From the NCBI GenBank assembly GCA_041484625.1, contig JBGPHY010000002.1, positions 1 through 40,250 on the forward strand: a stretch of DNA of 40,250 nucleotides. The letters run 5' to 3'. Below are positions 9,092 to 17,439 of this stretch, piece after piece; the first letter of the stretch is position 1, and every line of letters starts with the position of its first letter. The notes beneath the pieces are model-generated. The model searched no databases. It was not told where the DNA came from and saw only the letters and a program-made list of their open reading frames with translations. This DNA comes from Terriglobia bacterium (GTDB taxonomy: Bacteria > Acidobacteriota > Terriglobia > Versatilivoradales > Versatilivoraceae). Both the position numbers and the translations under genes were made by a program.

Positions 9092-9867
9092 TGCTGCGGT
9101 TGGAGAACATCAGCTTTAGCTATCAAGACCAAGCGGTGATCCGGGATGTGAATGCAGAGATCCGGCAGGGGACGTTTCAGGCCCTGATCGGTCCCAACGG
9201 GTCGGGGAAAACGACCCTATTGCGGCTGATGAGCCGTGTGCTGGAACCGCAGAGAGGTAGGATCCTGCTGGATGGGGAGCCTCTCGGTCGAATGCGAGCG
9301 AGTGACATCGCCCGCAAGATTGCGGTGATTTCCTCGGAGCAATACTTCGAGTTTCCCTTCCTGGTTTCAGATGTGGTCGCCATGGGGCGTTATCCTCATC
9401 TCGCCCGGTTGCAGGCGCTTTCGCAGAAGGACCTGGAACTGGTGGAAGACGCCCTGCGAATGACCGATCTTGGCCCGTTGCGGAATCGTCCCATCTCCCA
9501 CCTCTCCAGTGGCGAACGACAGAGAGTCTTCATTGCCCGGGCCATTGCGCAGCAGCCCCGGGTCCTGATGCTGGATGAACCCAACGCCCATCTGGATGTT
9601 CACCACCAGAAGGCTGTCTTTGATCTCCTTCGGACGCTGCACCGAGATCATGGGATGACGGTTATTGCAGTCCTGCATGATTTGACCACCGCAGCGGCAT
9701 TTTGTGAGGTGGTTATGCTTTTGCACGAAGGGTGTGTTGTCAGGGTCGGCAGTCCCGCTGAGGTCATCACTCGAGACTCGATACGAGAGACGTACGGAGT
9801 CGAAGTGGAAATTTTCCCAAGTCCTGTGGGAGGATTTCCACTGGTGGTCTTTGGTCCCAGGGCCTGA
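9091..9867 (+). CDS. ABC importer ATP-binding protein (BtuD/FepC-like)
   Basis: Walker A GPNGSGKTT, signature LSSGERQRV, Walker B MLDEP, H-loop LHD. Confidence 0.92.
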   Translation: MLRLENISFSYQDQAVIRDVNAEIRQGTFQALIGPNGSGKTTLLRLMSRVLEPQRGRILLDGEPLGRMRASDIARKIAVISSEQYFEFPFLVSDVVAMGRYPHLARLQALSQKDLELVEDALRMTDLGPLRNRPISHLSSGERQRVFIARAIAQQPRVLMLDEPNAHLDVHHQKAVFDLLRTLHRDHGMTVIAVLHDLTTAAAFCEVVMLLHEGCVVRVGSPAEVITRDSIRETYGVEVEIFPSPVGGFPLVVFGPRA

Positions 9868-9933
9868 ATTCGAACCCGAGGGGAACCCAACGGCATCCGT
9901 TCCCCACTCAACGGCGATCTTCAAGAGAAAACC

Positions 9934-10773
9934 ATGAGCCTCTTACCCCGTCGGGATGGTCACACCCATACCGAATTCTGTCGGCACGGATCACACGAGG
10001 CGACCGACTTGTTCGTCAGACGTGCCATCGAATTGGGTTTTGTAGCCTACAGTCTCACTGAACATCCCCCCTTGCCTCCCGGCTTTGAGGATCCTGCGCC
10101 GGAAAAGGATTGTGGAATCCTGGCTGGACAAGTGGAACCCTATTTGGAGTTGGGTTTCCGGCAGAAGAGACAATTTGCCGGTCAAGTCGATCTGAAGGTC
10201 GGTTTTGAAGTGGACTACATCCCCGGATATGAAGTCTGGACCCGAGAATTGCTTGACCGATACGGAGGCGATTTGGACGACGCTCTGTTGTCCGTTCACT
10301 TCTTACCTGGGGCAGGGGGATGGCGTTGTGTCGACCACAGTCCCGAGGATTTCCGGCAGGGGCTCCTCGAGCCCTATGGAAGTGTGGAAGCCGTGCACCG
10401 AGCCTATTGGCAGATGGTCAGGCAGGCGATCAGCGCCGATCTTGGCCCGCACAAGCCGCGTCGGATAGGACACCTCAGCCTGGTCCACAAGTTCCAGGCA
10501 AAGTACCCTCTCTCCAGTCCCGAGCAATTCCGCCCGGAAGTGGAGGAGATTCTTGGCCTGATGAAAGCCGGCGAGATGGAAGTGGATCTGGATGCCGCCG
10601 GGCTTTACAAACCCGACTGCCGGGAAATCTATCCCGCTCCGTGGATTGTCAAAGAAGCAATCCGCTTAGGGATCCGGCTGGTCTATGGCTCGGATACCCA
10701 TTCCGTCAGAGGGGTGGGGCAGGGGTACGACGAGGCCTTGCGAATTGTGACTTCCCTGCATCCTCAATCCTGA
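9934..10773 (+). CDS. Histidinol-phosphatase, HisJ/PHP family
   Basis: PHP-type metal-ligand motifs DGHTHTEFCRHG, SLTEH, SVHF, IGHL, GSDTHS in a 279-aa ORF. Confidence 0.8.
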   Translation: MSLLPRRDGHTHTEFCRHGSHEATDLFVRRAIELGFVAYSLTEHPPLPPGFEDPAPEKDCGILAGQVEPYLELGFRQKRQFAGQVDLKVGFEVDYIPGYEVWTRELLDRYGGDLDDALLSVHFLPGAGGWRCVDHSPEDFRQGLLEPYGSVEAVHRAYWQMVRQAISADLGPHKPRRIGHLSLVHKFQAKYPLSSPEQFRPEVEEILGLMKAGEMEVDLDAAGLYKPDCREIYPAPWIVKEAIRLGIRLVYGSDTHSVRGVGQGYDEALRIVTSLHPQS

Positions 10774-10812
10774 GAGGGTGTCTCACCAGCCCAGGGCAAT
10801 CATCGCAAACGG

Positions 10813-10865
10813 AGGGCACCGCTCCGTTGAGGTCTTGGGGGTCGCGACAGAGCGCGACCCTCCAC
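10813..10865 (-). repeat. REP-like GC-rich palindromic intergenic element, copy B
   Basis: The minus strand reads GTGGAGGGTCGCGCTCTGTCGCGACCCCCAAGACCTCAACGGAGCGGTGCCCT. It matches copy A at 32747-32796 in 24 of the first 28 nt and again at ACGGAGC-N3-GCCCT. Lies between convergent genes. Confidence 0.6.
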
Positions 10866-10888
10866 TTCTTCGAATTCCTCTGAGAGAT

Positions 10889-11233
10889 TCAACTCGATTT
10901 CTCTCCTTGACAGCCCTGGCAGGGGCAGATCTCGCGGAGGAAGGCAAAGGTGTAAATGCCGGAAGAATGACCATCATTCCAATGTAACTGAATGGCATAA
11001 TTCCCTATCGGATCCGCTCCCGTGGCTTTGATGGGGCCTTTTCCGTAAATCGGCAAGGGATCGACTTCGGTCTTCACTTCGGGAGGATGGTCTCGGCAGG
11101 CGGCACAGGGGCATTTCTTCCTGAGGTAGTCATAGGGGTAGACCGACTGGTGTTCATCGCTCCAGCGGATTCCAATGCCGCCAGGTGCTGACAACTTGAT
11201 GGACTTGGGGAAAAAGACCATTGTCACGGTCAT
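10889..11233 (-). CDS. DUF971 domain protein (zinc-binding, gamma-butyrobetaine hydroxylase N-terminal-like)
   Basis: 114-aa ORF with cysteine pairs CPCAAC and CPCQGC and the HWNDGHSSGIY motif typical of DUF971. Its ATG overlaps the mrp stop (ATGA at 11230-11233). Confidence 0.8.
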   Translation of the reverse strand: MTVTMVFFPKSIKLSAPGGIGIRWSDEHQSVYPYDYLRKKCPCAACRDHPPEVKTEVDPLPIYGKGPIKATGADPIGNYAIQLHWNDGHSSGIYTFAFLREICPCQGCQGEKSS

Positions 11234-12324
11234 TCCTCGATGGAGATGGCAGGTGTAGTCTGGGCGTTGACCTTACTCACCTGGCTGGCGACTGCTTCCG
11301 CCAGCTCAGTAAATGCCCGACTGATGGGACTGTTGCCATCTTCCAAGGCGACCGGTTGCCCGTCGTCGCTGCGAGCTCGAATTGTCGTGCTCAAGGGGAT
11401 CTCGCCGAGGAAGGGGTAGCCCGCCTTCTGACTGGCCCGGCGCGCGCCTCCGTGACCGAAGATATCGTCCCTCTCTCCGCAGTGGGAACATGCGTAATAG
11501 CTCATATTTTCAGCAATCCCTAAGATGGGGGTGTTGAGCTTCTTGAACATGGCAATGGCCTTGGACGCCACCTCCAGGGCCAGGCCCTGAGGGGTTGAAA
11601 CAATCACGGCTCCGGTCAGGGGGATCGTCTGGCATAGGCTGAGTTGAATGTCGCCGGTCCCCGGCGGCAGATCAATTACCAGGTAATCGAGTTCTCCCCA
11701 ATCAACATCTCCCAGAAACTGCTGAACCATCTTGTGCAGCATCGGACCCCGCCAGATTACCGCTTCATCCTTGGGCAGGAAGTAACCCATGGACATCAGT
11801 TTGATCCCGCGGACTTCCGGCGGCTGAATCCTGCCCCTGTCCATGATGGGGGGTTCAAAAGCACCCATCAAGATTGGAACGCTAGGACCATAAACATCCG
11901 CATCCATCAAGCCGACACGGGCTCCGTACTTGCCTAGCGAGATAGCAAGATTGGCGGAAACTGTGGACTTGCCCACGCCGCCTTTCCCGCTGGCCACGGC
12001 GATCGTGTTGCGGGTCCTTGGAATCAGAGCATGGGGCTCCGAGCCGGCCCGGGTGCTGATGTTGGATCTCATCGACACCGAGACACGAGTGACCCCCGGA
12101 AGCTGCCTGACCTTGTCTTCAGCTTGATGCTGGATCTGCAACTTACCGGGAAACAGAGGGGTGTCAAATTCGATAGCCAGGCTCACATTCCCTTCGGCGA
12201 GCTTCAGGTCCTTGACCAGCCCACGGGTAACGATGTCTTCATCCCATCCGGGATCACGAATTTCCCTGAGGACCTCCAACACTTGATCCTCATCGAGCAC
12301 TGTATCCTTCTTGAAGAGTCCCAT
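11230..12324 (-). CDS. mrp: Mrp/NBP35/ApbC-family Fe-S cluster carrier ATPase with N-terminal DUF59-like domain
   Basis: Walker A SGKGGVGKST, C-terminal CSHCGERDDIFG (CxxC cluster ligands), N-terminal MIP18/DUF59-like region (EDQVLEVLREIRDPGWDEDIV). Confidence 0.92.
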   Translation of the reverse strand: MGLFKKDTVLDEDQVLEVLREIRDPGWDEDIVTRGLVKDLKLAEGNVSLAIEFDTPLFPGKLQIQHQAEDKVRQLPGVTRVSVSMRSNISTRAGSEPHALIPRTRNTIAVASGKGGVGKSTVSANLAISLGKYGARVGLMDADVYGPSVPILMGAFEPPIMDRGRIQPPEVRGIKLMSMGYFLPKDEAVIWRGPMLHKMVQQFLGDVDWGELDYLVIDLPPGTGDIQLSLCQTIPLTGAVIVSTPQGLALEVASKAIAMFKKLNTPILGIAENMSYYACSHCGERDDIFGHGGARRASQKAGYPFLGEIPLSTTIRARSDDGQPVALEDGNSPISRAFTELAEAVASQVSKVNAQTTPAISIEE

Positions 12325-12556
12325 TCACAAGCCTTTCCCAAAAAAGAGGTGAAATCCAACACAACTCATTCTAACATCAAACTTCCGTAATGGTGCAGCA
12401 TGAGCAACTTCATGTTTTCCCCTGCGGGAGAGAGGTGGAGGCTGGACCGGAGGCGCTACCCTATTCGCCCTCGCACTCGTCGTTACCCTCGACAGTGTAT
12501 CCACAAAGGCGAGAGTGGCAATGAAGGCGAGACTCAGCAATGAAAGGGAGTGGACA

Positions 12557-13372
12557 ATGACCAAGCCGAGAAAACTGGCAGTACTAGGTGCGGGGAAGAT
12601 GGGAGAGGCCCTGACTGCAGGGATACTGGACGGAGGCGCATTTCCCCCGGAGAGGGTCCTGGCAACCGACAAGAACGAAGAGCGTCTTGATTTGATGAAG
12701 GAAAAGTACAAGGTGGTCGTGACCAGCGATAACCGCAAGGCCGTGCGGGAGGCGGATCTCGTCCTGCTGGCGGTCAAACCCCAGGTGGTCCTGGAATTGC
12801 TGGAAGAGATCAGGGGAGAGGTTCGGAGCGATCAATTGGTCATCTCGATTGTGGCCTCTGTCACTACGACCTATATCGAGAGGATCCTGGGTGCGAAGAT
12901 TCCAGTGGTTCGGGCCATGCCGAACACGCCCTGTTTGATCCGGTCCGGCATGACTGCCCTCTGCAAAGGAACCTACGCTGAAGACCAGCATCTGAGGGAG
13001 GCCGAGAGGGTTTTTGCCGTGGTGGGTCGCACAGTAGTACTGGATGAACGGCACATGGATGCCGTCACGGGCTTGAGCGCCAGCGGCCCGGCTTTCATTT
13101 ACATCATCCTGGAATCGTTTGCCGAAGCTGGAGTCAAGCTGGGGCTGCCGAGATCCGTAGCTACGGAACTGGCTGCACAGATGACGCTAGGGGCCGCCAA
13201 GATGGTGCTGGACACAAAGGAACACCCGGCCCTGCTCAAAGACAACGTCACCACGCCGGCCGGGTGCACTATCGATGGGATCCTGGAACTCGAGGAAGGC
13301 AAGCTGCGGGTGACGTTAATCAAGGCAGTAGTAAAGGCAGCTCAACGGGCTGCCGAATTGCTCGAAACCTGA
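12557..13372 (+). CDS. proC: Pyrroline-5-carboxylate reductase
   Basis: KLAVLGAGKMGEAL Rossmann motif and C-terminal P5CR dimerisation region (VTTPAGCTIDGILELEEG). ATG 12557 is preferred over the track start 12515 because a GAAAGGGAG RBS lies just upstream. Confidence 0.9.
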   Translation: MTKPRKLAVLGAGKMGEALTAGILDGGAFPPERVLATDKNEERLDLMKEKYKVVVTSDNRKAVREADLVLLAVKPQVVLELLEEIRGEVRSDQLVISIVASVTTTYIERILGAKIPVVRAMPNTPCLIRSGMTALCKGTYAEDQHLREAERVFAVVGRTVVLDERHMDAVTGLSASGPAFIYIILESFAEAGVKLGLPRSVATELAAQMTLGAAKMVLDTKEHPALLKDNVTTPAGCTIDGILELEEGKLRVTLIKAVVKAAQRAAELLET

Positions 13373-13512
13373 GAGGCATTGGGACTCCACACTCCGCAGT
13401 CTTCCCAGGGCATAAGCCTGTCGAAAAATCCCCTCCTCCGACCCAATGAAACTCGAGAGAGCCAACCAGCGACTCCAGATTTTCACCATCCACCTGCTCC
13501 GCAAAGAGGCAG

Positions 13513-13788
13513 CTATCCGCCAGCAATGGCCGGGATAATGGAGACCTCATCCGATTCCTTGACCGGCGTGTCTAGATTTTGCAGGAATCGGATGTCCTCC
13601 TCGTTGACAAAGATGTTGACGAAGCGGCGGACCCGGCCATCAGCCTCGCAGATCCGGTCTCTCACTCCCGGGTGCTGTTTCTCAATGTCGTTGATGATAT
13701 CTTGGACAGACTTCCCGCTGGCCGTGACGACTTCCTGACCACTAGTCAAGGAACGCAACTGAACGGGTATTCGAACCTGAATTGACAT
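13513..13788 (-). CDS. MoaD/ThiS/CysO-type ubiquitin-like sulfur-carrier protein with C-terminal Gly-Gly
   Basis: 91 aa counted from MSIQVRIP. It ends ...EVSIIPAIAGG followed directly by the stop. The internal RFVNIFVNEEDIRF closely resembles CysO-type carriers as I recall them. Last gene of the riboswitch-led operon. Confidence 0.8.
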   Translation of the reverse strand: MSIQVRIPVQLRSLTSGQEVVTASGKSVQDIINDIEKQHPGVRDRICEADGRVRRFVNIFVNEEDIRFLQNLDTPVKESDEVSIIPAIAGG

Positions 13789-13853
13789 TCGACCTCTCCT
13801 CAATTTAAGAAGATTGCAGACTCCTTCAAGTGGGGCTGACCCGCCGGTTGCCC

Positions 13854-14936
13854 CTAGGATTTCTTCCTCAAAAGCCCTTTAGCGATCAATAATTCCGCAT
13901 TTAAAATGGCAGCCCCTGCCGCCCCGCGAATGGTGTTGTGGCCTAGTACGTTGAACTTGTAGTCAAAAATAGGACACTCGCGGATGCGGCCCACCACCGT
14001 AGCCATCCCCTTTTCAATATCCCGGTCCAGGCGTGGCTGAGGGCGATCCCTCCCCTCGACGATGACAACAGGGTGCGTCGGGGCGCTGGGGAGTTTCAGC
14101 TTCTGGGGGATCGAGCTGTATTCCCTGAAGGCCGCGATCAGTGCTTCCACGGAGGGACGGCGCTTCATGCTTACCGATACTGCCTCCAGATGACCGTCCA
14201 GGACATTGACCCGATGGCAGTGGGCACTGATCTTGAAATTGGCCAGCAGAACCTTTCCATCCTGTAACTTTCCCAGAATCTTTCGGGGCTCGATCTCAAC
14301 TTTCTCTTCTTCTACGTCAATGTAAGGAACCACGTTGTCGATAATATCCAGGCTGGCCACACCGGGGTAACCGGCTCCGGACAGTGCCTGCATTGTCACG
14401 ACGTGAACAGTCTCCAGCCCGAATTCCCGGTGCAGGGGAGCCAGTGCCAGAACCATGGCCATAGCGGTGCAATTGGGGTTGGTGACAATATACCCGTCAT
14501 GGTATCCCTGATTCTTTTTCTGAAGAGGCAGGAGATCCAGGTGCTCATGGTTGATTTCGGGAACCAACAAGGGCACATCCTCATCCATGCGATGGTTCTT
14601 GGAATTGCTTAGTGCCGGGTAGCCGGCCTTGGCAAAGGCAGTTTCAACCTTCCCGGCAATGTTGGAGGGCAGCCCCGAGAAGACAAAGTCGCAGTCCAGT
14701 GGAGGGGCGCACTCTCTCACCACCAGGTTCCGGGCATATTCAGGAATCCGTCCGGAGATTTTCCATGTGCAAGTTTGATGATAGAGCTTTCCTTCCGAAC
14801 GATCTGAGGCGGCGATGTCACCTACTTCGATCCAGGGGTGGTTCTCCAAGAGTTGGATGAACCGCTGGCCCACTGTGCCAGTGGCGCCTAGAATTCCTGC
14901 TTTGAGTTTCTGTTTCATCTTTTTAAGATACCTCAC
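13854..14936 (-). CDS. asd: Aspartate-semialdehyde dehydrogenase
   Basis: KAGILGATGTVGQRF NAD(P) motif and active-site NPNCTA. Length and sequence fit the archaeal/fungal-type Asd. The start is uncertain: GTG 14936 or ATG 14918. Confidence 0.9.
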   Translation of the reverse strand: MRYLKKMKQKLKAGILGATGTVGQRFIQLLENHPWIEVGDIAASDRSEGKLYHQTCTWKISGRIPEYARNLVVRECAPPLDCDFVFSGLPSNIAGKVETAFAKAGYPALSNSKNHRMDEDVPLLVPEINHEHLDLLPLQKKNQGYHDGYIVTNPNCTAMAMVLALAPLHREFGLETVHVVTMQALSGAGYPGVASLDIIDNVVPYIDVEEEKVEIEPRKILGKLQDGKVLLANFKISAHCHRVNVLDGHLEAVSVSMKRRPSVEALIAAFREYSSIPQKLKLPSAPTHPVVIVEGRDRPQPRLDRDIEKGMATVVGRIRECPIFDYKFNVLGHNTIRGAAGAAILNAELLIAKGLLRKKS

Positions 14937-14954
14937 ACTCCGGCTGTACTCACT

Positions 14955-16127
14955 TCATCCGGCTGCGATTTCCTTCAGAGCAACGACGCAGCGATCAATC
15001 TCCTCTTCAGTATTGAAAAAGCCTGCGCTAATACGGATCGCACCATCGGGGAATGTCCCCAGGCTCCGATGTGCGTAAGGGGCACAGTGCAGGCCCGGGC
15101 GCACGGCGATGTGAAAGGCTTCGTCCAGGATGGCCCCGGCTTCGGGTGCAGTGTATCCTGCCACCGTGAGCGTCAGGGTGGCGACCCTTCGGTTCAGATC
15201 CTGGCTGCCATAAAGTTGAAAACGGGGATCGTCTTTCAAAGCCTCAATCAGGCGCCCTAGCAAGCGGGTTTCGTGTCCTTGAATTCTGGCCAGTGTCTCC
15301 TCCACCACAAACTCTACCCCCGCCCTAAGACCGGCAATCCCAACGGTGTTCGGGGTTCCTCCCTCCAACCGGTACGGCAGTTCTCCCGGTTGCACGGGGC
15401 TTGAGGAATCACCACCGGTACCACCTTCACGCCAGGCCGACAAACTGGAACGTTCTCCGACAACCAGGACACCCACCCCGGTGGGGCCCAGCATGGCCTT
15501 ATGTCCAGGCAGTGCCAGAAGGTCGATTTGGTCCTCTTCCATCTGAATGGGAAGCACACCGGCCGTCTGCGCCGCATCCACAAGAAAAAGGAGGTCGTGC
15601 TCGCGAGCGATTTTTGCGACTTCCCGAATGGGCTGAACAGTACCCAAAACGTTGGAGGCGTGGGTCAGGACGATCAAGCGGGTACGGGGACTAATGGCTT
15701 TTTCAATGTCGCCGGGGTCGATGAACCCAGCCTGTGAAAAGGGAACTTGCGTCAACGTAATCCTTCCGTCCTGTTCCAGTTGCTTCAATGGACGGGAAAC
15801 AGAATTGTGTTCGAGGAGCGAGGTAATGACGTGGTCTCCGTCTTTCACCGTTCCTTTGATTCCAATGTTCAACGAGTCGGTGGTGTTGAGAGTGAAAATG
15901 ACTCGATGAGGGGAGGAAATCCCGAAAAACTGTGCCAGCAACACACGCGTTTCCTCAATGGACTTCTCAGCCCTTACGGCCATTCGATGTCCGGCACGCC
16001 CGGGATTGGCTCCATCGGTCCGCAGAAAATCAGCGAGTGCCGAATACACGGACTCAGGCTTGGGGTAACTGGTGGCCGCATTGTCGAGATACAGAATGTC
16101 AGACCTCAAATGTCCTCCACAAAACAC
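14955..16127 (-). CDS. Class V aminotransferase, cysteine desulfurase family
   Basis: LYLDNAATSYPKP at the N-terminus, PLP-lysine context LPGHKAMLGPTGVG, active-site cysteine context RPGLHCAPYAH. The start is GTG 16127, or TTG 16109 preceded by GGAGG. Confidence 0.85.
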   Translation of the reverse strand: MFCGGHLRSDILYLDNAATSYPKPESVYSALADFLRTDGANPGRAGHRMAVRAEKSIEETRVLLAQFFGISSPHRVIFTLNTTDSLNIGIKGTVKDGDHVITSLLEHNSVSRPLKQLEQDGRITLTQVPFSQAGFIDPGDIEKAISPRTRLIVLTHASNVLGTVQPIREVAKIAREHDLLFLVDAAQTAGVLPIQMEEDQIDLLALPGHKAMLGPTGVGVLVVGERSSLSAWREGGTGGDSSSPVQPGELPYRLEGGTPNTVGIAGLRAGVEFVVEETLARIQGHETRLLGRLIEALKDDPRFQLYGSQDLNRRVATLTLTVAGYTAPEAGAILDEAFHIAVRPGLHCAPYAHRSLGTFPDGAIRISAGFFNTEEEIDRCVVALKEIAAG

Positions 16128-16277
16128 GAAACATCAACCCTGATCCGAGACACAAGGGCCGAGCGGCTATCCACACAGGGAAGGGTAGCGGTGCCGGATC
16201 CAAAATGGGATATCGGCCCAAGGGTAAGCCAATTGATCATGGCTGCTTCTGCTTTCGCTTGGCCCTATGCCCCACTC

Positions 16278-17312
16278 TCACGCCCCCACATATTTGGCAT
16301 AAACGGAGCGCGCGACATTGGGATCCTTGGTGCCCTTCACGATGCCGCGACCGTCGGGAAACACCGCAATTTCGTAGGCATCGACCTCAAACTTCAAAAG
16401 GAACTTGTTGAAATGAACCACTCCCAGCGGTTTCAACCGGTGTGCCAAGTGTTCAAAGTCCAGTTGATGTCCTCCCGACTGGTTGATCTGCACGGAATTA
16501 CGGCCGCACAGGGTGGTGACGGTTGATCCTTCTTTCCCTTCCAGGAATTCGTACCGCCCCATTTTGCAGACTGGACACTCTCCCTGCTCCTTGGCGCTGG
16601 CAATTTCAAAGCGCTTCCAGGAGTTCTCCCACACATCGAAGTAGATCATCTTACGGTTAATCCGGTGCAGATTCCCGGTCAAGATCTTCAGGGCCTCGGC
16701 CACCTGAATAGAGGCGATAATGTTCACAATCGAGGCCAGGACACCGGCAGTGTCACAGGTGGGTGACATCCCTGGAGGAGGCATTGTCTCGAAAATACAA
16801 CGCAAACAAGGGGTCTCGTGAGGAATGACGGTCATCGAGAGTCCGTAGCTTCCCACTGAAGCCCCATAGATCCAGGGCTTCCGATGTTTGACCGCCACAT
16901 CGTTCAGAAGAAAACGGGTCTCGAAGTTGTCGGTCGCGTCCAAAATAAGGTCGACCCCCTCGACTAGGGACTCAATATTCTTGTAGTTGACATCGGCCAC
17001 CAATGCATCTACGGTTACTTGGGAGTTGATCTGTCGAAGCCGTTTCTGAGCTGCCACGGCCTTGGGCAAACCCGCCTGGACATCCTCTTCGGAAAAGAGC
17101 GTCTGCCGCTGAAGGTTGCTTTCCTCGATGAAATCCCGATCGACAATGCGAAGGAACCCGACCCCTGCCCGGCACAAGGCATCGGCTTGAACTGTCCCGA
17201 GGGCCCCGCAGCCGAGAATTGCCACTTTGCTTTGCACCAGCTTGAGTTGTCCGCTTTCCCCGATTTCAGGAAAGAGCATTTGCCGGGAGTATCTTTCAAT
17301 TTGTGAGGGCAT
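16278..17312 (-). CDS. ThiF/MoeB/HesA-family E1-like adenylyltransferase with C-terminal extension
   Basis: RYSRQMLF, GCGALG nucleotide loop, DRDFIEESNLQRQ, two CxxC pairs (CLRC, CPVC), and a ~100-aa C-terminal domain (LCGRNSVQI ... FPDGRGIVKGTKD) like Firmicute ThiF-type proteins rather than a rhodanese. ATG 17312 is preferred; the track start 17417 is a TTG that adds a low-complexity extension. Confidence 0.85.
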   Translation of the reverse strand: MPSQIERYSRQMLFPEIGESGQLKLVQSKVAILGCGALGTVQADALCRAGVGFLRIVDRDFIEESNLQRQTLFSEEDVQAGLPKAVAAQKRLRQINSQVTVDALVADVNYKNIESLVEGVDLILDATDNFETRFLLNDVAVKHRKPWIYGASVGSYGLSMTVIPHETPCLRCIFETMPPPGMSPTCDTAGVLASIVNIIASIQVAEALKILTGNLHRINRKMIYFDVWENSWKRFEIASAKEQGECPVCKMGRYEFLEGKEGSTVTTLCGRNSVQINQSGGHQLDFEHLAHRLKPLGVVHFNKFLLKFEVDAYEIAVFPDGRGIVKGTKDPNVARSVYAKYVGA

Positions 17313-17439
17313 AGCGTCCTGTTTAAACGTCCACCTGCTGTGGCTATAGGGAATCGAAGAATCGGAGATGCGGAGAATTGGGGAAATGGAAGCGCCCCCG
17401 GCAGCTTCAGAGTACAAACTTACCGTTCTTCTCTCGCAT

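Noticed and set aside
12325-12777. 150-aa minus-strand ORF spanning the mrp/proC divergent region and the 5' part of proC.
   Set aside because: It overlaps the well-supported proC, has a low-complexity Ser/Arg/Thr/Leu-rich translation, and has no recognisable domain or RBS.
16128-16277. Unusually long 150-nt spacer inside the SAM-regulated operon, between the E1 and desulfurase genes. It contains a 44-codon minus-strand ORF (MINWLTLGPISHFGSG...) and imperfect hairpins. There is a similar 127-nt spacer at 17313-17439.
   Set aside because: The small ORF has no RBS or motif and overlaps the desulfurase start. The hairpins are weak and I recognised no known RNA motif. It may hold an internal promoter or processing site, but I cannot show that.
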